A stretch of 56,223 nucleotides of DNA from a bacterium (GCA_021827685.1 JAKAUM010000003.1:1-56223); one strand, 5' to 3'. Positions 26,196 to 36,307 are shown, counted from the first letter of the stretch. Made by a program: numbers and translations. The notes: a model not told the origin generated them from the sequence alone.

Positions 26196-28631
26196 ATGGC
26201 TTTGGAAAAAAGAGAAATTACGAAGGAGCTCAGCGAGTCGTATCTTGACTACGCGATGTCCGTTATCGTCGCGCGGGCACTGCCCGACGCGCGCGACGGG
26301 CTGAAGCCGGTGCACCGCCGGGTGCTTTGGACCATGTGGGAAGCGGGACTCACCCATCTCGCAAAATTCCGAAAATCCTCCAACGTGATCGGCGAGACGA
26401 TGGCGAAATACCATCCGCACGGCGATACGGCGCTCTACGACACCCTTGTCCGCATGGCGCAGGATTTTTCCCTGCGCTATCCGTTGGTCCGGGGGCAGGG
26501 GAACTTCGGAAGCGTGGACGGCGATTCGCCTGCGGCGCACCGCTACACCGAGGCGAAGCTTTCCGCGATTGCGGAGGAATTGCTCGCGGATATTGAAAAA
26601 GAGACCGTTGACTGGATCCCGAATTACGATGCGACGCGTGACGAGCCGCTCGTCCTGCCCGCGAAACTGCCGAATCTGCTTTTGAACGGCACCCTTGGCA
26701 TTGCGGTCGGCATGGCGACGAGCATCCCGCCGCACAACCTGAGCGAAGTGGCCGACGCCGTCCTCCACCTCGCGGACAACCCCGATGCGACGAGCGAGGA
26801 TCTCGCGGAGATCGTGACGGGCCCGGATTTTCCGACGGGGGCCGTCATTTACGACAAGAAGGCGATCCGCGAAGCGTACGTTTCCGGCCGCGGTGCGATT
26901 CTCGCGCGCGCGAAGGCGGAGATCGTCGAAGCGAAAGCCGGCAAGCAGTTCAATATCGTCGTGACGGAAATCCCGTACCAGGTGAACAAGGCGGAACTCG
27001 TAAAGCAGATCGCCGAGTTTGCGCAGGAAAAAAAGATAGAGGGCATCCGGGATCTTCGGGACGAATCGGACCGCGAGGGCATGCGCATCGTGATAGAGCT
27101 GAGGAACGACGTGCCGCCCCAGCGCGTTCTGAACTGGCTCTATAAGCACACGGACCTCCAGCGCAATTTCAATATGAACATGACCGCGCTCGTCGCGAAC
27201 TCGCACGGACTCGAGCCGCGCCTCCTTTCGCTCCGCGACGTGCTCGCCGAATACCTCGCACACCGCAAAGAAGTGCTGCGCCGGCGCACGCAGTTCGACC
27301 TCCGGAAGGCGCAGGAGCGGGCGCATATCCTTGAAGGGCTTGCGAAGGCGCTTGACGCCATCGACCGCGTGATTGCGACGATCAGAAAATCGAAAGACAA
27401 GGAAGAGGCGCACGCGAACCTCGTCAAGCTTTTTAAGCTGAGCGATGCGCAAGCGACGGCGATCCTCGAGATGCGGCTCCAGACGCTTGCGGCGCTCGAG
27501 CGCAGGAAGATCGAAGATGAATTGAAAGAGAAGCGGGTGCTCATCGAGGAGCTCACGCTTGTCCTGAAAAACCCGGCGAAAATCGTAAAGATCATCAGGG
27601 ACGAGGTGAAAGAGCTGAAGGAAAAATACGGCGACGCGCGGCGCACGCAGGTTGTCGCGCGGGCCGTCGAAGCCGTGAGCGACGAGGATATGATCGCGGA
27701 CGAGGACGCGATCGTGACGGTTTCGGGCGGCGGCTATATCAAGCGCCTCCCGCCGGGGACGTTCAAGGCGCAGAAGCGCGGCGGCAAGGGGATCATCGGC
27801 TCCGAAGTCGCGGAAGACGATTTCCTTTCGCATTTCTTCAGCGCGCGCACGCGCGACAACATCCTTTTCTTCACGAACCGCGGCCGCGTGTTCCAAACGA
27901 AGGTGCACGAGATCCCGCAGGCGACGCGCACCTCGAAGGGCCGCGCCATACAGAATTTCCTCGAGCTCCCGTCCGATGAAACGGTGAGCGCGCTCGTGAA
28001 CTATGCGCCGACCGGCCCGAAGCATGCGGAGAAGAAATTTCTCGTCATGGCGACTCGCCGGGGGATGATCAAGAAGACGCCGCTTGAGGATTTCGCGAAT
28101 ATCCGCCGCACGGGCATCATTGCGATGGGCATGAAGAAAGACGACCGGCTCAAATGGGCATGCCTCACGAGCGGGACGGAGGAGCTCGTCCTTGCGACGC
28201 GGCAGGGGCAGTCCATCCGCTTCAGCGAGAAGCAGGTGCGCCCGATGGGGCGCGGCGCGGCGGGCGTCCGCGCCATCAAGCTCAAAAAAACGAACGACGA
28301 AGTGGCGGGCTTTGATATAATCAAAAGAGGCGAAGCGCGCCTGCTCGTCGTCATGGAGCACGGCTTCGCGAAACAAACCCCGCTCAAAGAATACAAGGTT
28401 CAGGGCCGCGGCGGATCCGGCATCAAAACCGCCGAGATTACGCCGAAGACGGGCCCTGTCGTATCGGCGCACGCGGTTTCCGAGGAAAAGGAGCTTTTCG
28501 CCCTGTCGGCGAAGGGGCAGATGATCCGCACGGAACTCGGGACGGTCCGCACGACGGGCCGCGCGGCGCAGGGCGTCCGCGTCATGAACCTGAGAGACGG
28601 AGACCGCATTGCGGGAACGGTGGTGATTTAG
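26196..28631 (+). CDS. gyrA: DNA gyrase subunit A
   Basis: [15 protein letters not shown], active-site RYTE, GyrA-box QKRGGKG, C-terminal pinwheel repeats. Confidence 0.97.
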   Translation: MALEKREITKELSESYLDYAMSVIVARALPDARDGLKPVHRRVLWTMWEAGLTHLAKFRKSSNVIGETMAKYHPHGDTALYDTLVRMAQDFSLRYPLVRGQGNFGSVDGDSPAAHRYTEAKLSAIAEELLADIEKETVDWIPNYDATRDEPLVLPAKLPNLLLNGTLGIAVGMATSIPPHNLSEVADAVLHLADNPDATSEDLAEIVTGPDFPTGAVIYDKKAIREAYVSGRGAILARAKAEIVEAKAGKQFNIVVTEIPYQVNKAELVKQIAEFAQEKKIEGIRDLRDESDREGMRIVIELRNDVPPQRVLNWLYKHTDLQRNFNMNMTALVANSHGLEPRLLSLRDVLAEYLAHRKEVLRRRTQFDLRKAQERAHILEGLAKALDAIDRVIATIRKSKDKEEAHANLVKLFKLSDAQATAILEMRLQTLAALERRKIEDELKEKRVLIEELTLVLKNPAKIVKIIRDEVKELKEKYGDARRTQVVARAVEAVSDEDMIADEDAIVTVSGGGYIKRLPPGTFKAQKRGGKGIIGSEVAEDDFLSHFFSARTRDNILFFTNRGRVFQTKVHEIPQATRTSKGRAIQNFLELPSDETVSALVNYAPTGPKHAEKKFLVMATRRGMIKKTPLEDFANIRRTGIIAMGMKKDDRLKWACLTSGTEELVLATRQGQSIRFSEKQVRPMGRGAAGVRAIKLKKTNDEVAGFDIIKRGEARLLVVMEHGFAKQTPLKEYKVQGRGGSGIKTAEITPKTGPVVSAHAVSEEKELFALSAKGQMIRTELGTVRTTGRAAQGVRVMNLRDGDRIAGTVVI

Positions 28632-28655
28632 GGCCGTAAGGCCGTTCTTGCCGGC

Positions 28656-29969
28656 ATGTCCAATCTTAAATTATCCCAGAAGCAGGTTGTTTTCATCATT
28701 GCAGGCGCGGTGCTCGCGATAGGAATTTTCGCGCTCATATTCCTCAATCTCAGGCCGACTGCGAGCAAGGGGCCCGCTCTCACCCTCAAAGTATGGGGGA
28801 CGGAGAGCAGCGGAGCGCTCCAGCAGGTGATCGATACGTATCCCTACGCCCAGGTTTCGTATACGCAGATCGACCCGGCGCACTATCAATCGGAGCTCCT
28901 TGCCGCGCTCGCGGCGGGAAACGGGCCGGACGTTTTCGAGATCGGCAACCGCGACCTCCCGCGCTTCGAGGATATCCTGTCTCCTTTTCCCTCGTCTTCG
29001 TCCGTATTCGGGATAGAACAGCTCTCCCAGCTTTTCCCCGACGTCGTTGCGCAGGATTTCGTCGCCAACGGGCGGATTTACGGCCTGCCGCTTTCGATCG
29101 ATACGCTCGCGATGCTCTACAACAAGGACTTGTTCAATGCCGCGGGCATCGCGGAGCCGCCTGCGACATGGGATGAATTCGACGCCGATGTGGCGAAACT
29201 GCGCGCGGTGGACGCCGCGGGCGGGCTCCTGCAGGCGGGCGCCGCAATCGGCGGGTCGTCGGCGAGCATCCCTCATGCGGCGGACCTGCTCGCGCTCATC
29301 ATGCTGCAGAACGGAACCACGATGACTAACTCCGCGGGAACGTCCGCGTCGTTCGCTTCGGCGGCGAATAAAAGCCCGGGCCTCGCGGCGTTCAAGTTCT
29401 ATCTCCAGTTTGCGAACCCGGCTTCCCCGTATTACACGTGGAACGATTCCTTCCCTTCCGGCGGCAATGCGTTCGACAGCTTCGCGGAGGGGAAGACCGC
29501 AATCGTATTCGCGTATCACTCCGACCTCGCCGCGATAAAGGCGAAGGCGCCGTTCCTCAATTACGCCGTCGCCCCGATGCCCCAGCTCTCGGCGCCGCCG
29601 GGCGGCGGGCCGGTGACGGTCGTGAATTATCCGAAATATCTCGGCTTTGTCGCCGCGAAAGCCGGCCAGACGGCGGCGGCATGGAATTTCATACTGTATC
29701 TTACGACTCCGCTCTCGGGCGACGCGAATGCCTACGGAGCCGCGACCGGGAACCCGCCCGCGCTCCGCTCTGCCATCGCCGCAGACGAAAACAGCCAGGA
29801 CCTTTCCGTCTTCGCCTCGCAGGCGCTTACGGCGCGTTCGTGGTATGAGGCGAACAGCACGGAAGACGAAGCCGCGCTGAATACGGCCATCGAGGACGCG
29901 GAGAACGGACAAGCCGCTTCCAGGGCGCTCAGCGAAGCCGAGGCGGCCGTGAGCGCGCTCATGCAGTAG
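28656..29969 (+). CDS. Membrane-anchored extracellular solute-binding protein (family 1)
   Basis: N-terminal TM; GPDVF, IYGLPLSIDTLAMLYNKDLF, PPATWDEF, FAEGKTA. Confidence 0.88.
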   Translation: MSNLKLSQKQVVFIIAGAVLAIGIFALIFLNLRPTASKGPALTLKVWGTESSGALQQVIDTYPYAQVSYTQIDPAHYQSELLAALAAGNGPDVFEIGNRDLPRFEDILSPFPSSSSVFGIEQLSQLFPDVVAQDFVANGRIYGLPLSIDTLAMLYNKDLFNAAGIAEPPATWDEFDADVAKLRAVDAAGGLLQAGAAIGGSSASIPHAADLLALIMLQNGTTMTNSAGTSASFASAANKSPGLAAFKFYLQFANPASPYYTWNDSFPSGGNAFDSFAEGKTAIVFAYHSDLAAIKAKAPFLNYAVAPMPQLSAPPGGGPVTVVNYPKYLGFVAAKAGQTAAAWNFILYLTTPLSGDANAYGAATGNPPALRSAIAADENSQDLSVFASQALTARSWYEANSTEDEAALNTAIEDAENGQAASRALSEAEAAVSALMQ

Positions 29970-30063
29970 CACCCCGCCGCGCCGCGCGCCGCGCGCCGTC
30001 CGCGATTGCGGCAATCCACCGCGCGGGCGGGCGTGCATGCGCGCAATGGGGTAAAATAAACGC

Positions 30064-30603
30064 ATGAGCCCCTTGGTCTTTAGGCTGAAAACGGTCGCCG
30101 CAATCGCCGCTATGGCGGCGTTCGTCGTCCTCCCGGCAATCGCCGCCGCAAGCGCCCTTACCACGATTCCGATCACTGTCACCGGGAGCCCCAGCAGTAC
30201 GGCTTCCCTTCCTTCTTCCGTTTCCGGGCCGACGAATAACGTATGGGATGTCCGCATCCTCGCCGGGCCGCTCGTCACGTGCACGGGGCTCGGAGGGCCG
30301 GGGGGAATGCCGCCGTGCCGGAATCTGTGCGACCTCATCGCGCAATTCGTCCATGTCGTCTATTTCATGATCGCGCTGGTCATCTGGATCGCGACGCCCG
30401 CGATGTTCGCATGGGGAGGGATAAAATTCATGACGTCGCGCGGGAATCCGGAAGGGATAGGCGAGGCGAGAAAGATGCTCAGGGGCACCGCAATCGGCCT
30501 CGTGATCATCCTTGTGGCTTATATTTTCGTCCTGACCTTCGTGCGGGTACTCGGCATCATAGGTGTCGGCGGCTTCGGGAGTCCCGACTGTAGCATCCAA
30601 TGA
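30064..30603 (+). CDS. VirB2/TrbC-like (T4SS_pilin-type) pilin
   Basis: Signal peptide, then TM-GGIKFMTSRGNPEGIGEARKML-TM hairpin. Confidence 0.8.
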   Translation: MSPLVFRLKTVAAIAAMAAFVVLPAIAAASALTTIPITVTGSPSSTASLPSSVSGPTNNVWDVRILAGPLVTCTGLGGPGGMPPCRNLCDLIAQFVHVVYFMIALVIWIATPAMFAWGGIKFMTSRGNPEGIGEARKMLRGTAIGLVIILVAYIFVLTFVRVLGIIGVGGFGSPDCSIQ

Positions 30604-31355
30604 CCGCGGCCCACGTCACCATAAACCCGAGCATCCCCCTCGCCGCCGCCAACACGGTGCCGGGGATGGTGCAGGGGATCTACCTCTTTGCCCTCTCGCT
30701 TGCAGGGATCCTTGCCTTCGGCGCCATCGTCTATGGGGGGATAAAGTATGCATTAGGGAGGGGGAACCCCTCCTCCGAGAGCGAGGGCAAGAGCTGGATC
30801 ACGGGGGCTCTCCTCGGACTCCTGCTCCTTGCGGGCGCCTATCTCATCCTCCAGACCGTGAACCCCGCCCTGGTGACGCTGGGGAATCCGTTACTGCCGG
30901 CGCTTCGCGCCGAGCCGGTTCCCGTCCCCATCCCGACTCCGCCGGGAACCGCATCGTGTCTCGGCGGTACGTGCCTTTCCCTCTCGTCGGCGGGATTTTC
31001 CTGCAAGCCGGCGAATTTGCAGCCGAACGGGATGCTGAGCTGTGGAGCGACTCAAGACATGATTGACACGCTGAAGTGTATCCAGAGCCAGCCGGGAGTG
31101 CCTTCCTTCGAGATAACGGAGGCCATGCCCCCGACGGTGCCGCATATCTCCCACTGCCACAACGATGGCTGCTGCGTGGACGTAGTGGTGAGCAACTTCT
31201 CAAGCTGTTCGCAGGTGACCGCGCTCGTGAACGCGGCGGCAGCATGCGGGACGTCTGCGGCGAACGAATATATCGCGGCGAATTGTCCCGGCGCGGAGAG
31301 ATATGAAACCACGCAAGGGAACAATGTCCATATCAATGCAAAAGGGTGCAGCTAA
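30600..31355 (+). CDS. Pilin fused to a Cys-rich, peptidase M15-like domain
   Basis: GGIKYALGRGNPS..SEGKSWI pilin core; C-terminal HNDGCCVD...VHI. Confidence 0.75.
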   Translation: MTAAHVTINPSIPLAAANTVPGMVQGIYLFALSLAGILAFGAIVYGGIKYALGRGNPSSESEGKSWITGALLGLLLLAGAYLILQTVNPALVTLGNPLLPALRAEPVPVPIPTPPGTASCLGGTCLSLSSAGFSCKPANLQPNGMLSCGATQDMIDTLKCIQSQPGVPSFEITEAMPPTVPHISHCHNDGCCVDVVVSNFSSCSQVTALVNAAAACGTSAANEYIAANCPGAERYETTQGNNVHINAKGCS

Positions 31356-31941
31356 GACGGTCGTCGTGCTGATTGCCGCCGCGGCCGTGGCGGCCGCGGC
31401 GGTTTTTGCGGCGTACCTCTTCCTGCGCGGCGGGGCGGGCTCCGGGGGCGCGGGATCCGCGGCGGGAAGCTCCGGCGCCTCCGGGCCGGCGGCCGCCGCC
31501 GGACCCGGCGCGAACGCGGGCGCCGCCGCTACTGCGCTTGAGCCCGTCTCCGCCGCCTTTCCGAACGCCCCGACAGGTTCCGCGATTACAATCGGTACGC
31601 CGCAGGGCATGGTCGCGGTCAACAATTTCTATCTCACGAGTCCCGGGGTGGCGGGCGAAGGCAATGTAATGATCGCGATGGCGGACAATTACGATATTTC
31701 CTACGATCCCGCCAGCGGGAACTTCTCTCTTCTTATTAAGGGATCTCCGTTCAGCGCCGCGCGCGCGGCGGCGGAGCGCGCATTCCTCGGCGCGCTTGGC
31801 ATAAGCGAGGCGGATGCCTGCAAGCTCTCCGTCCAGGAAGGCGTGCCGTACCGCGCGGGCGACCCGCGGGACGGACAATCATATCCTCTGGATTTCTGCC
31901 CTCCCCCCGCGGGCTCGTCGAACGGCAATATAGTACAATAA
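31336..31941 (+). CDS. Membrane-anchored hypothetical protein
   Basis: TM helix, Gly/Ala linker, then ARAAAERAFL..LGI...ACKL...FC domain. Confidence 0.7.
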   Translation: MQKGAAKTVVVLIAAAAVAAAAVFAAYLFLRGGAGSGGAGSAAGSSGASGPAAAAGPGANAGAAATALEPVSAAFPNAPTGSAITIGTPQGMVAVNNFYLTSPGVAGEGNVMIAMADNYDISYDPASGNFSLLIKGSPFSAARAAAERAFLGALGISEADACKLSVQEGVPYRAGDPRDGQSYPLDFCPPPAGSSNGNIVQ

Positions 31942-31946
31942 AAGGG

Positions 31947-33101
31947 ATGAAGAAGGGCCTGTTATGGATTATTCTCGCTGCCGCCGTTCTCGCGGGCGGC
32001 TATTTCGGCGCATGGGCGAGGCCCGCAAAAGGCATGTCAGGATGCACCATTGATTCGATGTGGACCGTGAACGGGGCGGACTACCTGCTTGGGCCGCCCA
32101 CGGTGAACACCGAGCAGGTGCAGACGACTTCGACGCTGGCGCATGTAAAATATATCAACTGCGCCGGGCTTACCCCGTATCTGGTATTTTTCGGGCCTGC
32201 ATTCGGCAAGGGCGGAGAGAAGGTCGGCTTGGGAGCCATGCGCGGAAACAATTCGGACAATACGGCAAACCTTACCCAGTTTACCGATACGGGAATTTAT
32301 TATTACATCGCATATGCTTCAGGCTCGTCCGGCACATATCAACAAAAATCAAATGATCTGACGGTAAGTCAGGCGAGGTGCAAGGTTTCATTAAATTTTG
32401 ATGCAACTCCTCACGAGGTCAATTCGATGAGCGAAAGCATCAGCCTGAATGCGCTTGTCGGAGAATCGTATCCAGCCGCTGATTGCAATCTCGGCGGGTT
32501 TGGATCTGGAATCGGCATAGACGTAGCTGTCAAATTCTATGGCAACGGCAGGTACCTGGATACGAGAATGGCGACGATCATGCCGCAGACCACGTCTACG
32601 ATTTCCATTCCTACGACGGCCGCGGATATTGGAGCCGCCCCGAGCTCAACCGCAAATTTCAAGGCTATCGTGACAGACCAGGATGGGCAAGGCATCAATC
32701 TCGTGAGCAGCCCCGTATATGTCGGAATCGGAGTTCCTCCTTCGTCTAGCATCGGCGGCGGCGGGGGAAGTGGCGGCGGCGGTAGCGGGGGCGGAGGTGG
32801 TGGCAGCGGCGTCACCTCCTTGCCGCCGACCACGCAGTCCATCACATTATTCAATCCGCTCACGGGATGTAATAACCTGACCTGCGCGCTTTCCAAAGTA
32901 CTCAATTTTCTCTTCACACTTGCCATCCCGATTTTCGGTATAATGATTCTGGTGGGAGGTTTTCAGCTCATTACGTCGTCCGGCAATCCTGAAAAAGTGG
33001 CGAAAGGGCGGAAGACGCTGCTTTGGTCCGTGGTCGGATTCATCGTGGTGCTCCTTGCGGGAAGCGTCGCGCACCTAATACAAAGCATCTTCGGCGGCTA
33101 G
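31947..33101 (+). CDS. Pilin with large N-terminal extracellular domain
   Basis: Signal peptide, beta-rich region, poly-Gly/Ser linker, NPL...GGFQLITSSGNPEKVAKGRKTL pilin core. Confidence 0.8.
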   Translation: MKKGLLWIILAAAVLAGGYFGAWARPAKGMSGCTIDSMWTVNGADYLLGPPTVNTEQVQTTSTLAHVKYINCAGLTPYLVFFGPAFGKGGEKVGLGAMRGNNSDNTANLTQFTDTGIYYYIAYASGSSGTYQQKSNDLTVSQARCKVSLNFDATPHEVNSMSESISLNALVGESYPAADCNLGGFGSGIGIDVAVKFYGNGRYLDTRMATIMPQTTSTISIPTTAADIGAAPSSTANFKAIVTDQDGQGINLVSSPVYVGIGVPPSSSIGGGGGSGGGGSGGGGGGSGVTSLPPTTQSITLFNPLTGCNNLTCALSKVLNFLFTLAIPIFGIMILVGGFQLITSSGNPEKVAKGRKTLLWSVVGFIVVLLAGSVAHLIQSIFGG

Positions 33102-33133
33102 ACGGCCAACCGGAATACCGCCAAACCAGAAAA

Positions 33134-33481
33134 ATGGAAACAATCCTTCACGCTTTCATCCCCGTCGCCAGGGCAGTCACCGTAACGACCGCCACTTTGC
33201 CGACGAGCGTCATTACGAGTACGGGGGACGTCACGAGGATATTCTGCGGCGGCGTGCAGTGGCTCTTTTGGGCGCTCATCGCCCTCTCGGTCGCCATGTT
33301 CCTTCTAGGCGGGATCCATTATGCGACTGCGGCGGGCGATGCGGAGAAAGTGTCCAAGGCGAACAAAACCCTCCTTTATGCGGCTCTCGCGGTGGTAATC
33401 GCGCTTTTTGCGCTCGGGGCGCCGGCATTCATAGGAAGCATTTTCGGCGTGAAGGGCGGCCTCAGCGTTTGCGGATTTTAG
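33134..33481 (+). CDS. VirB2/TrbC-like pilin
   Basis: WLFWALI...GGIHYATAAGDAEKVSKANKTLLYA. Confidence 0.85.
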   Translation: METILHAFIPVARAVTVTTATLPTSVITSTGDVTRIFCGGVQWLFWALIALSVAMFLLGGIHYATAAGDAEKVSKANKTLLYAALAVVIALFALGAPAFIGSIFGVKGGLSVCGF

Positions 33482-33503
33482 GGAAATGTGATTTAATGGA
33501 AAC

Positions 33504-33857
33504 ATGAATTTTCTCTTAAGCGGACTCGTGAACAGGGCCATGGCTATCGTATATATCCCATCCCCGACTATCGTACCGCCATCGCCGCCATTCACGGGGG
33601 TGGACGATATCACGATTGTCGCGCATGAGATTGTAAACTGGCTGTTCTGGGGCCTCATCGTTCTCTCGATTGTTATGTTTCTTGTGGGCGGTTACCGTTA
33701 TGTGACGTCAGGAGGGGAGCCCGAGAAGATATCCGGCGCGAACAAGACCCTCCGCTACGCGGCCATTGCGGTCGTCATCGCAATCGTCGCGGCGGGAGTC
33801 CCGACGATCATCGGTTCGTTCTTCGGGGTTTACCTTGCTCCGTTCCTCTTCTTCTGA
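33504..33857 (+). CDS. VirB2/TrbC-like pilin
   Basis: WLFWGLI...GGYRYVTSGGEPEKISGANKTLRYA. Confidence 0.85.
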   Translation: MNFLLSGLVNRAMAIVYIPSPTIVPPSPPFTGVDDITIVAHEIVNWLFWGLIVLSIVMFLVGGYRYVTSGGEPEKISGANKTLRYAAIAVVIAIVAAGVPTIIGSFFGVYLAPFLFF

Positions 33858-33897
33858 TCTTATGCGATTGAGAAAGGTCGAAACGAAAAATCACATT

Positions 33898-34281
33898 ATG
33901 AAAAATTTCAGCGTAGCGTTGGCGAAATGGGGAGCGGTCGCGGCGGCGCTCGCGGTTCCGACCATGGCATTGGCCATCGCGCCGGCCCCGCTTTCCATCC
34001 CGAACCGGTTGACCAACATTAATCAGATAACGAATGGCTCCGGACTGGTTTGTCAGATCATCAACTGGATCTTCTGGGCACTCATTGTCATGACCATCAT
34101 TTTCGTCCTCGTCGCGGCGTTCAAGTATCTCACGGCCGCGGGCGATTCCGAGAAGGTGAAGTCGGCGGGTGCAACCCTCCTCTATGCCGTGGTTGCAGTC
34201 GTAGTCGCGCTCATTGCAAAGGGGCTGCCGCTCATTATTTCGAGCTTTATCGGCGGCGGATTGACGGGAGTCGGCTGTTAA
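33898..34281 (+). CDS. VirB2/TrbC-like pilin (candidate major pilin)
   Basis: Signal peptide ending ALA; WIFWALI...FKYLTAAGDSEKVKSAGATLLYA; own leader and terminator. Confidence 0.85.
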   Translation: MKNFSVALAKWGAVAAALAVPTMALAIAPAPLSIPNRLTNINQITNGSGLVCQIINWIFWALIVMTIIFVLVAAFKYLTAAGDSEKVKSAGATLLYAVVAVVVALIAKGLPLIISSFIGGGLTGVGC

Positions 34282-34303
34282 GAAAGAAATTCTGGCATAG
34301 GTA

Positions 34304-34329
34304 CAAAGGGCCCCTTGCGGGGCCCTTTG
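34304..34329. terminator. Terminator hairpin after the pilin cluster
   Basis: CAAAGGGCCCC-TTGC-GGGGCCCTTTG perfect stem. Confidence 0.75.
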
Positions 34330-34412
34330 GGTTTCCGGCGCGTCCGCCGCTATTCCAAGCGCGGCTTACGAAGTATACTTTTGTTGTCGCGGCGGAAGCC
34401 GAGAGGGGTATC

Positions 34413-34493
34413 GCTGGGGTGGCGAAATGGCAAACGCACCGGCTTTAGGAGCCGGCGCCGAAAGGCTTGCGGGTTCAAGTCCCGCCCCCAGCA
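34413..34493 (+). tRNA. tRNA-Leu (TAG)
   Basis: Acceptor GCTGGGG/CCCCAGC, anticodon arm CCGGC-TTTAGGA-GCCGG, long variable arm GCCGAAAGGC. Confidence 0.95.
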
Positions 34494-34515
34494 CGAGGCA
34501 TGATATAATGGATTT

Positions 34516-34995
34516 ATGAATAAAAAAGTACTGGTGGCGGTCTTGATAGTTGCCGCCGGTGCCTTTCTCGCCGTGCGATTCGTAAGATGGGGCGGCGTTC
34601 CTTCTCCGGCAGGCGCGCCCGAGGCATCGCCAACTTCATCGGCGGCTTCCGCACCGGCAACCTCTACGCTCCCGTCATCGGGCATTTTCGGAACGGTCAT
34701 GGGGTGCGGGGGAACCGAGATGGTGGGGCCGGGCGGGCGCCCTCCCTCGGGCGGCGGGGGCTGCAGCAATGTGGCGGGGGCGCAGATCGTTTTGAAGTCG
34801 ATAAGCGATATAAGCGGAAAACGCATCATGACCAGCCTTCCGGGCACCTATACGACGGATCAAAATGGAAACTATAGGATTTCGACAAATCCGGGCGGCT
34901 ATGTGGTGTGCGTATCGGGAGGCCTCTGCAGTTCGGCGCTCACGGTACAGTCCGGGCAGTTCGTGAAAGCAAATATAGAGATCGCGTACCCCTAG
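34516..34995 (+). CDS. Membrane-anchored protein with a carboxypeptidase-regulatory-like beta domain
   Basis: TM helix, Ser/Pro linker, SGIFGTV...TTDQNGNYRI...PGGYVV. Confidence 0.65.
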   Translation: MNKKVLVAVLIVAAGAFLAVRFVRWGGVPSPAGAPEASPTSSAASAPATSTLPSSGIFGTVMGCGGTEMVGPGGRPPSGGGGCSNVAGAQIVLKSISDISGKRIMTSLPGTYTTDQNGNYRISTNPGGYVVCVSGGLCSSALTVQSGQFVKANIEIAYP

Positions 34996-35082
34996 AGAGA
35001 AACCCGGATATGGGCGCCGGGCGGCGCACGCTTGGCGGTCGATGGTCCGGCCTCCGGCCGGCCGCCAAGTCCCATTTTTTTG

Positions 35083-35155
35083 TGCCCCCACCAGGACTTG
35101 AACCTGGAACCATCTCCTTAAGAGGGAGTTGCTCTGCCAATTGAGCTATAGGGGC
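35083..35155 (-). tRNA. tRNA-Lys (CTT)
   Basis: Acceptor GCCCCTA/TGGGGGC, anticodon loop CTCTTAA, T-loop TTCAAGT. Confidence 0.92.
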
Positions 35156-35164
35156 TTCGCGCTC

Positions 35165-35728
35165 CTATATTATTTTATTCCGCCGTCTTTGTAAATCGCC
35201 TTCGTGTATAAAAAAATGCGCGGGAGAGTCTGCCTCCCGCGCATGGTTCGTCCTCGGAGGCACGGTGGCCAGGCGTCTCGCCGTCACGTATGCGACGATC
35301 CGGCGCGCCGCCCAGCTCGGAGTCCCTCTTATAAAGAACCCTCCTTCCCGGTGGCCAACCGCCACCCTTATGAATAGGCCGTAGACGTCGCCGCCGCCAA
35401 ACCGTCGCAGGGAGTGGGTTACGCTGAGCACGGCGACCGTAACCGCCAGTGCTTCCTTGCGCCTCCTCCCGCCGGCCATCCGGAATCCGGCAGACCGGAA
35501 CCGGGCGGCGAGCGCCGCACGGAACCGCCCGGCCTCTTCCGGCTCAAGGAGCCGGCCGGGGCGCAGAGCAAGCTCCACTATCCGCGGCCCGTCGGTCGGC
35601 GCGGGCGGCACCGGCGTGAGTACCGTCACGCCGGTGCCGCCCGCTTCGTGAAGACAGCCGGCGAGCTGCCCGCAGGCCGCCGCCAGGATGACGATCGCGG
35701 CGGCCGACTTCAATACCCTCGTGTTCAT
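35165..35728 (-). CDS. Hypothetical protein with lipobox-like signal
   Basis: SD GGAGGAGG before ATG 35728; hydrophobic N-terminus with AAAC/LAGC. Confidence 0.55.
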   Translation of the reverse strand: MNTRVLKSAAAIVILAAACGQLAGCLHEAGGTGVTVLTPVPPAPTDGPRIVELALRPGRLLEPEEAGRFRAALAARFRSAGFRMAGGRRRKEALAVTVAVLSVTHSLRRFGGGDVYGLFIRVAVGHREGGFFIRGTPSWAARRIVAYVTARRLATVPPRTNHAREADSPAHFFIHEGDLQRRRNKII

Positions 35729-35881
35729 ACGCACCTCCTCCCGCAAGGAATTTAGAGGCCGCGACTGCGGCCCCGCTTAATTTAGGTTCTCTCTTAACGA
35801 CGCTTCTGTCAATCTGGCGTGGATGTGATATGCTGGGGGCAGTTTGAATTTTATCCAGCAGAAGGGAAGGGAGAAAGAGTT

Positions 35882-36307
35882 ATGATAGCGATCCTCTTTT
35901 TCGGGGCCATTGCGGTCCTATTGTTCTATTGGCTGGTTCGCCTGAAATACTACGGTGGGATTACTCACCGTAGTGCTTCGCCCACCGCACGGGCGATAAA
36001 TGGCACCCGCCATGAGGGCTATGCCTGGAAGTTATTCGGGCTAGCCATCGTTGCGAGCGTCGCGATGCCGTTCGTGGCGCTCGTACTGCGCGGCGAGGCG
36101 AACAACCCGCCGCCGCAGGAGTTACTCAGGGTCAGCCGGTGGCTGGCCATCGCCCTCCTGACCATCCTCGCCGTAATATTTCTCGGCGTACATGGATTTA
36201 AGGAGGGCCGCGAACGGATCCATCGCGTGTTGGGATGGATCTCAATTGCGCTCTTCCTCGCTCTCGCCGCCGTCGGCGGGGTTGAGTATTTCCGTACGTA
36301 TCGTTGA
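35882..36307 (+). CDS. Four-TM hypothetical membrane protein
   Basis: Four hydrophobic segments; purine-rich SD-like leader; terminator follows. Confidence 0.7.
   Translation: MIAILFFGAIAVLLFYWLVRLKYYGGITHRSASPTARAINGTRHEGYAWKLFGLAIVASVAMPFVALVLRGEANNPPPQELLRVSRWLAIALLTILAVIFLGVHGFKEGRERIHRVLGWISIALFLALAAVGGVEYFRTYR

Noticed and set aside
26196-28631. ParC instead of GyrA
   Set aside because: The GyrA-box QKRGGKG is intact.
32753-32810. Synthetic (GGGGS)n linker or vector contamination
   Set aside because: Irregular Gly run lengths and mixed codons, in frame within a native pilin; no vector parts nearby.
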